Assembly (NCBI RefSeq): GCF_009914755.1
Contig: NC_060945.1
Length of the DNA stretch: 64,000 bases
Reading direction: 5' to 3' (one strand)
Source of the DNA: the human T2T-CHM13v2.0 reference genome, Homo sapiens
Within the stretch, counting starts at the first letter, position 1; each line of letters opens with the position of its first letter. This document shows, in pieces, positions 59,638-64,000 of the stretch. Both the position numbers and the translations under genes were made by a program. The notes beneath the pieces are model-generated. The model was not told where the DNA came from, ran no database searches, and saw only the letters and a program-made list of their open reading frames with translations.

Positions 59638-60137
59638 CAGCAATCCCCTTTTCTTCATGGTTGCACTTCAACTATTTCAATTACCTGCAGTCAACTATGG
59701 GCTGAGAAGATTAAATGAAAAATTTCAGAAATAAACAATTAATACATTTTAAATTGTGTATCATTTTGAGTAGCTTGATGAAATCTTGTGCCCTGTTGCA
59801 CCATCTCATTTGGGACATGAACTGTCCTTTTGTCCAGAGTATCCATACTACCTGCCTGTTAGTCGTTTAGTAACTGTTATCATTATCCGATTGATTTTCC
59901 TGGTATCACATCACTTAAGTTTAAGTAGCTCTTATGTTACTTAGTAATGACTGCAAAACACGAGTTGTGATGCGGGCAATTTGGATACAACAAAAAGAAG
60001 CCATTAAGTTTGTTCGTTAGTTAACAGGTGAAAGCTCTCAAGTTATTAAGGATAAAAATGCTAGTATATATATATATGGTTTGGAACTATACTGCGGATT
60101 TTGGATCATATCCGCCATGGATAAGGGAGGAATACTA
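59638..60137. mobile_element. MER44B-type (Tigger7 derivative)
   Basis: cagcaatcccctt...gaaaaatttcagaaataaacaatt...ggataagggaggaatact. Confidence 0.82.
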
Positions 60138-61930
60138 TAATCAGGTTTGTTTTAAATTCCATGTCTAATGACTTCGTTATCTAGATCACCTGTAGAGCTG
60201 TTTTTATTGTAGGAGTTTTCCTTGGTTTTAATCTTTTGATTTGTTTTTCATGTTAATACTGAAATTTTTAAAAATTGCATATTGTACTTCCTATATGAAA
60301 ATTTTACTATGTATTTTTATTTTTATTTTCCTTTTCCTTTAGGAAGAATTAGTTTGTTCCCTGACAGAGTTAGAGTAAGGGCAAATTACTTGTCTCTATA
60401 AACAACTCAGATGTTTTGAGCCGGTGTTGTAGGGGTTATCTTTTTCTGGTTTTGCATTTTATTATAGGACATAGTGCTTAATAAGTCTAAACTGAATGCA
60501 TGATTTTTTTGCTGTCATTTCTCCTCATCTGTCCAGCAGTCTAATTTTACCTCTGCTGCAAAGTAAGATTATTGAAAGCTTTTAGCTTTTTAGTCACTTA
60601 GCAATAGCTTTCTGATTGACTTCTTGGATCCTCATCCCCATGCTTTGTAGAATTTACCAATGGCCTAGAGTAGTAAAGCACTCGAAATTCTAAGAACGCT
60701 TCCCTGGGTCATTCTTCTCCTCCAGGACTCCTAGCCTTCACATTCTGGGTGTGCTATTACTTCTGAAAACAAATATTTACCTCCTCCCATAATCATATCT
60801 CAAACTCAAAGTTTCTGCTTTCCACTAAGCCTTTATGCCTTATCCTGAGATTTAGGGAAAGCAATGTCCAACATAAAAGAGCAGTATAATCTGGCCCCCT
60901 GCAATTTGTTTATGTTCTCTCTATCATCTTGTAGCCTCAAGTTCTATTTACTTGGTGCTCTTTGATACTCAGTACCAGATGCTTTTGGCACTTCTTCAGT
61001 TTTATGAATGTGTTTTTCTGACTCATGTTACTCAATGGTAACCAGTTGGGCAATACCACTTTATAAGATTTCAATGCAATGAAGTCCTTTGGAACTTAAT
61101 GGGTCAGAATAGGACTTTTTTGGGTGAGTATTTGAATAAACAAGACTATTTCTATAATTACTATAAGCTGGTTTTCACATAATTAAATCCTGGATTCTTC
61201 CCACATATTAGTCTAGTAGAATTAGACTTTATCTCATTAATTATCATTTTAACATTACATATCACGTTAGAGTATATAAATACATAATTGGAAGTTTCAT
61301 TTAAACAGCAAACTCTAGGCTGCTATAATATTAATTTTTTTAAGAAACAGAAAGTAATCAAAAAGTAAATCTTTTGCTTTACATCGCTATTATGGGTAGA
61401 ATTATGTGCTCCTCAAAAGTTGTTTAAGTACCCCCAAAGGATTATAAATAATTCTACTAGAATGACACATGCACACATATGTTTATTGCAGCACTATTTA
61501 CAATAGCAAAGACTTGGAACCAACCCAAATGCCCATCAATAATAGACTGGATAAAGAAAATGTGGCACATATGCACCATGGAATACTATGCAGCCATAAA
61601 AAGGAATGACTTCATGTCCTTTCCAAGAACGTGGATGAAGCTGGAAACCATCATTCTCAGCGAACTAGCACAGGAACAGAAAACCAAACACTGCCTATTC
61701 TCACTCGTAAGTGGGAGTTGAACAATGAGAACACATGGACACAGGAAGGGGAACATCACACACTGGGGCCTGTCAGGGAGTGGGGGTTAAGGGGAGTGAT
61801 AGCATTAGGACAAATACCCAATTCATGCGGGGCTTAAAACCTAGATGATTGTTGATGGGTGCAGCCAATCACCGTGGCACATGTATACCTATGTAACAAA
61901 TCTGCACATTCTGCACATGTATCCTAGAAG

Positions 61931-61981
61931 TGATAAGAACAGATACTACACTTGATCTCAGCCAAAAGGCCGAGAATTGAT
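61931..61981 (-). pseudogene. 3'-truncated U2 snRNA retropseudogene (U2 nt 1-51)
   Basis: The reverse complement ATCAATTCTCGGCCTTTTGGCTGAGATCAAGTGTAGTATCTGTTCTTATCA matches U2 ATCGCTTCTCGGCCTTTTGGCTAAGATCAAGTGTAGTATCTGTTCTTATCA at 48/51 and includes the GTAGTA branch-point recognition sequence. Confidence 0.95.
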
Positions 61982-62005
61982 AAAGCATATATATATACTT
62001 TTGAG

Positions 62006-62049
<44 letters not shown>
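62006..62049. repeat. (TATC)11 tetranucleotide microsatellite
   Basis: Eleven perfect units. Confidence 0.95.
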
Positions 62050-64000
62050 CCTCAATGGAGGGGTCAATATTTTCCAGCTATGTATATATAGTTGTTTAAA
62101 TCCTAACCCTAAGTACCTGTGAATGTGACCTTACTGGGGAATAGGATCTTTGCAATGAGCAACTTAAAATGACGTCATTAGAGTGGGCCCTACTTTAGTA
62201 CGAATGATGTCCTTTTATAAAAAGAAAATTTAGACACAGAGACAAACACAAATAGAAGAAAAATGATATAAAACACAGACAGAAAACCATCTAGAAGCCA
62301 AGGAATGCCTCAAGGCACACAAAACTTGGAGGGAGGCATGGAACAGAATTTCCCTGGCAGCCCACAGAAGGAACCAGTCCTGGCCATGCCTTGATTTTGA
62401 AATTCTTGCCTCCAGAACTGTGACTCAATTTGTGTTTAATTCACCCAGTTTATGATATTATGTTATTACAGGCCCCCAAAATTAATATTATAGATAACCA
62501 CCTGGAAGCTGTAATCTCTATACCTAAACCCAAGACAGACTATTACAAATCTCTGGACCTCTTCCCTTCAGGATTCATGAAAAGTAAATCATTAATTGGT
62601 CTATGTATCAGCTTACAAGTACAGGTTTTTTAGTAGTTTATGATAAAATACTGGAGCTTTAAGTTTATGTCTTTAAAACATGGAAACAAATATAGGAAGT
62701 ACTAAGAGAGTTAAGAACTTTTAAATGTTAAGGGGCTTTGAAGAAGTTTGTAGAAATAGAAATAACATATCATTAGAAGTATATAAATATAATATAAATA
62801 TATTAATTAGAGCTAGAAGTAAGATTAGTAGACTAGCCTTCTTTATCAACCAAAAAATAAAAGTTCTATTCTTTTCATGAAGACATAACAAAATATTCTT
62901 TTTGATTATTTTATTTTTTTTTAGTTTCTTAGCATATTAAAATGTATTTATATATTAGCCATCCTCTATAATCTCATGTGTGGATATATTTAAGGAGATT
63001 TTTTAACCCAGACTTAATATAATATAATTTATTTTATTCTAGTATTATTTTAGCTTTGTTTTTTATATACAAATATTTGGTCTATGCATTTTATTTTAAT
63101 GTGAAGAACTGCATAGTTTTCTGAAAATGTTTACAAATGCTATAACTACTATCTCAGAGCACTCTTTACATTTGAGATTTCTCAATGGAGGGGTCAATAT
63201 TTTCCTAACACAGGTGAGAAAAAAAGAATGAGTATCATCAAATAAATTTCCATGTTCATGTAGATTTTATGGCAGATATTAGACTCAAATGCAGTACTAG
63301 ATGGCTCCAAACTACACAGTAATCTCAAGTTTGGTACAGTAGAAAGAATTAGTGTTAAAATATCTCCTTAGCTTTCCAAGAAAGTCAGGCTGACCATATG
63401 ATTTTGCAAGCCATCAGATTATCAGTTATTTTGGCATTAAATTATGTTTCCAGTTATGCATATGTAACTTCCAAGGTCCTTGACATTAGGAGTTAAATTA
63501 TAACTGCTATAAATAAATAATATGAAACAAATGCTTTTCATTTTCCAATTAAATTTGAATATATAATAAGGATTTCAAGTACCAGTGATTTTAATAACTG
63601 ATTAAATTTATCTCCCTGTTAGAAGAAACCACTATACCCATTCATTATATCCCAATTTCCTTTGAACATGTCTAGATGGTCAAGATGATTTAGCCAGAGG
63701 AAAAAACAATTAATAAATATTTTGGGCAAAATAAAAAAACAAACCCCCCACAGCAATGTGATGATGCCCCAGAGATAAGGATTCAAGAAGAATTTAGGGC
63801 AGGCAAGAATGGCAGGTCTGGGAGTCAGATGCAGGGGTCATTTAATGCAAAGCTGAAAGAGTTACAGAGGCCATAGAATTTAAATCTATGTCGGCCATGC
63901 ACAGTGCTGACCATTGTGAGGGGCACATAATATTTTGTCATTGTAGACGAAAAGGATAAGTCGTAATTTGCTTAGCTGATGTGATGCCACACTGGATCAT

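Larger units (their letters stand above)
61428..62089 (+). mobile_element. L1PA7/8-like 3' fragment with a remodelled tail
   Basis: ORF2 C-terminus MFIAALFTIAKTWNQPKCPS...SLVSGS* followed by the 3' UTR. TSD AGTTGTTTAA at 61418-61427 and 62090-62099. Confidence 0.92.
61388..62490 (+). mobile_element. MLT1B-type LTR interrupted at ~nt 30-40 by an L1PA composite
   Basis: Starts tattatgggtagaattatgtgctcctcaaaa and resumes at 62100 with tcctaaccctaagtacctgtgaatgtgacctta...gcctccagaactgtga. Confidence 0.85.

Noticed and set aside
60315-60380. Strong polypyrimidine/AG acceptor with a nearby GTAAG donor
   Set aside because: T-rich antisense L1-like sequence commonly yields such sites; there is no ORF or transcript evidence.
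61479-61721. 80-aa ORF with clear protein similarity
   Set aside because: It is the C-terminus of L1 ORF2p in a 5'-truncated element, not a gene.

Overview
This is very AT-rich, CpG-poor primate (human-like) genomic DNA with no credible protein-coding gene. It looks like gene desert or deep intron. About half of it is recognisable interspersed repeat: four Alus (AluY, AluJ, AluSc, AluSx-type), many L1 fragments (L1PA, L1MA, L1MB, L1M/L1ME), L2/MIR, MaLR and ERVL/ERV1 LTRs (several with intact target-site duplications, TSDs), and hAT/Tigger DNA-transposon fossils. The ORF track consists of chance ORFs and repeat remnants. The most notable structure is a nested composite at about 61.4-62.5 kb. 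An MLT1B LTR is interrupted by a TSD-flanked L1PA 3' fragment. The L1 terminus contains an antisense, 3'-truncated (tailless) U2 snRNA retrocopy. Its tail also carries a ~39-bp segment copied from 1.1 kb downstream, in which a (TATC)11 microsatellite has expanded. Other points of note are a ~190-bp local duplication that carries an AluJ tail, a 45-54 bp near-perfect palindrome, a cryptic ~105-bp ancient tandem array and a VNTR. I found no evidence for a new gene system. Repeat family names come from recalled consensus sequences, not from a database search, and most boundaries are approximate.
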